Shown one piece after another: positions 62,785 to 64,000 of a stretch of DNA of 64,000 bases. The stretch's first letter is position 1; each line of letters opens with the position of its first letter. This DNA comes from Schmidtea nova (lineage: Eukaryota). The stretch spans positions 152,582,001-152,646,000 of the forward strand of contig CM097883.1 of assembly GCA_044892505.1 (NCBI GenBank). Direction: 5' to 3'. Both the position numbers and the translations under genes were made by a program. Below the pieces are notes generated by a model. The model made no database searches, was not told the DNA's origin, and saw nothing but the letters and a program-made list of their open reading frames with translations.

Positions 62785-64000
62785 CTAATATTTCCTTGAT
62801 TGTTTCTCCATCCTCGGAGATTTCTGCAACTCTATCTTCAGACGTTGCTCTATTTGTTGGACTTCTTCCAACTGTGCAATTTCCATTTGTGTGAGTAGAA
62901 ACACACTGTCTTGATCCACTACTGGGACCGATATTCCTGTCAGTTTCGTTGTGAGTTTCGTTACCTTTCCTGGTAATACACCATTTTGTAGTAGTGTTTC
63001 TCCAACTACTAACTTTTCTCCATATAAATAAAAATCATATCTATTATGTTTCAATTTCATCATTGTATCTGACAACTTGTCTGTTCGACATCTTACATTC
63101 ATGTCGATGTTAAACTCCTGCTCATGAGGAAGTTTTATGTTTAAATGTGAATCCTGAAGATCCCATTCATGTTCCATTGCTGTCCCTATCTTTCGTAGGA
63201 TTCTATGTATGTCGCTATGATACCTTGGATCATCTTCGACCTGAGATATTAACTGTAATATCTTTCCAATTTCACTATTCTTGATATCACCTTGTGATAA
63301 TTTCTCTAATTCTCTAGTCAGTCTCTGCTGATACTCATATCTGGAATCCACCAGTTTTAAACATTTTGCTAGGGTATCTGACCCTTTCTTGGCCTTTGTT
63401 TCCTTGAACAAAGCCTGGTCGAACTCGCTCAGTATGGTACTCATACTGGGTTCGTCATCATTATCAGAATTTGTTTCTGATTCTATTACCTCATGATTCT
63501 CGCTGCTGGAATCCATGGGTTCACTATTTCCTTGCTCATCTGTGTAAGCATCATGATTTTTCTCAGCTGAAATCATCAAAACTGTTCCTTGCCCAACTGT
63601 GTGAGCATCATCGCTTTCCTCAATGGGGTTCATTATAACTGTTCCTCGCCCATCCATGTGAGCATGATTTTTCTCAGCTGAAATCATAAAAACTGTCTCT
63701 TGCCCAACTGTGTGAGTCTCATTTATTTCTTCAATTGTATTCATCAAAACTGTTCCTCGCTCATCTGTGTGAGCATGATTTTTCTCAGCTGAAATCATAA
63801 AAACTGTATCATATCGATCCATTAGCCGTGCTAATCGATTTTTCTCCTCCTGGATTTCCATTTCCAGTTGTTGCAAATACGTCAATTCTTTATCGTGATT
63901 GACCATGAACGTAGTTTTTGGCTTGCTGACATTACCACTATTGGTAGTCCTATTATTCGTATTATTACTCTGATTTTGAGGACACGACCTCAGAATATGC
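62785..64000 (-). CDS. gag: Gag C-terminal part (frame open to the window edge)
   Basis: The frame of ORF 62785-63906 stays open for 31 more codons to 63999, reading HILRSCPQNQ (H-x4-C end of a CCHC knuckle). Confidence 0.8.
   Translation of the reverse strand, partial: HILRSCPQNQSNNTNNRTTNSGNVSKPKTTFMVNHDKELTYLQQLEMEIQEEKNRLARLMDRYDTVFMISAEKNHAHTDERGTVLMNTIEEINETHTVGQETVFMISAEKNHAHMDGRGTVIMNPIEESDDAHTVGQGTVLMISAEKNHDAYTDEQGNSEPMDSSSENHEVIESETNSDNDDEPSMSTILSEFDQALFKETKAKKGSDTLAKCLKLVDSRYEYQQRLTRELEKLSQGDIKNSEIGKILQLISQVEDDPRYHSDIHRILRKIGTAMEHEWDLQDSHLNIKLPHEQEFNIDMNVRCRTDKLSDTMMKLKHNRYDFYLYGEKLVVGETLLQNGVLPGKVTKLTTKLTGISVPVVDQDSVFLLTQMEIAQLEEVQQIEQRLKIELQKSPRMEKQSRKY
63520..63820 (-). repeat. 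~3 x 111-bp in-frame repeat (37 aa) in gag
   Basis: GCTGAAATCAT at 63566, 63677 and 63788. Confidence 0.95.

Larger units (their letters stand above)
51135..64000 (-). mobile_element. Large env-carrying Ty3/Gypsy retroelement, 5' part outside the window
   Basis: gag zinc-knuckle tail, gB/chuvirus-type glycoprotein, intact PR-RT-RH-IN, extra ORF, PPT AGGGGGAAGA (52161-52170) and 3' LTR. Confidence 0.95.

Noticed and set aside
63904-63906. ATG 63906 as the start of an independent 373-aa gene
   Set aside because: The frame stays open to the window edge and includes a zinc-knuckle tail, so it is the end of a longer gag.

Overview
AT-rich eukaryotic (invertebrate-like) genomic window with three N-gaps (5003-5167, 5363-5493, 18575-18755); the host cannot be identified, though 42-53 bp minimal introns and CsRN1-type Gypsy remnants would fit a flatworm. 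The one recognisable host gene is a metazoan-type eIF4G on the + strand (~11.3-39.2 kb; eIF4E-binding motif, MIF4G, MA3, W2). Its introns are either tiny or inflated by transposon debris: Chapaev, hAT, Helitron, Gypsy, a mini-Maverick, an actin retrocopy and a pogo nested in a mariner. The standout is a large, nearly intact Ty3/Gypsy element on the - strand (51135 to beyond 64000). Its order is gag (zinc knuckle, tandem repeats, possible ubiquitin-like domain), an AT-hook spacer, a chuvirus/gB-type envelope glycoprotein, PR-RT-RNaseH-IN, a second type-I membrane protein, then a probably spliced ORF with a degenerate REX4/ISG20-like exonuclease, PPT and 3' LTR. The env lies upstream of pol and in the same frame. 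All calls are by-eye motif recognition; no database searches were run.
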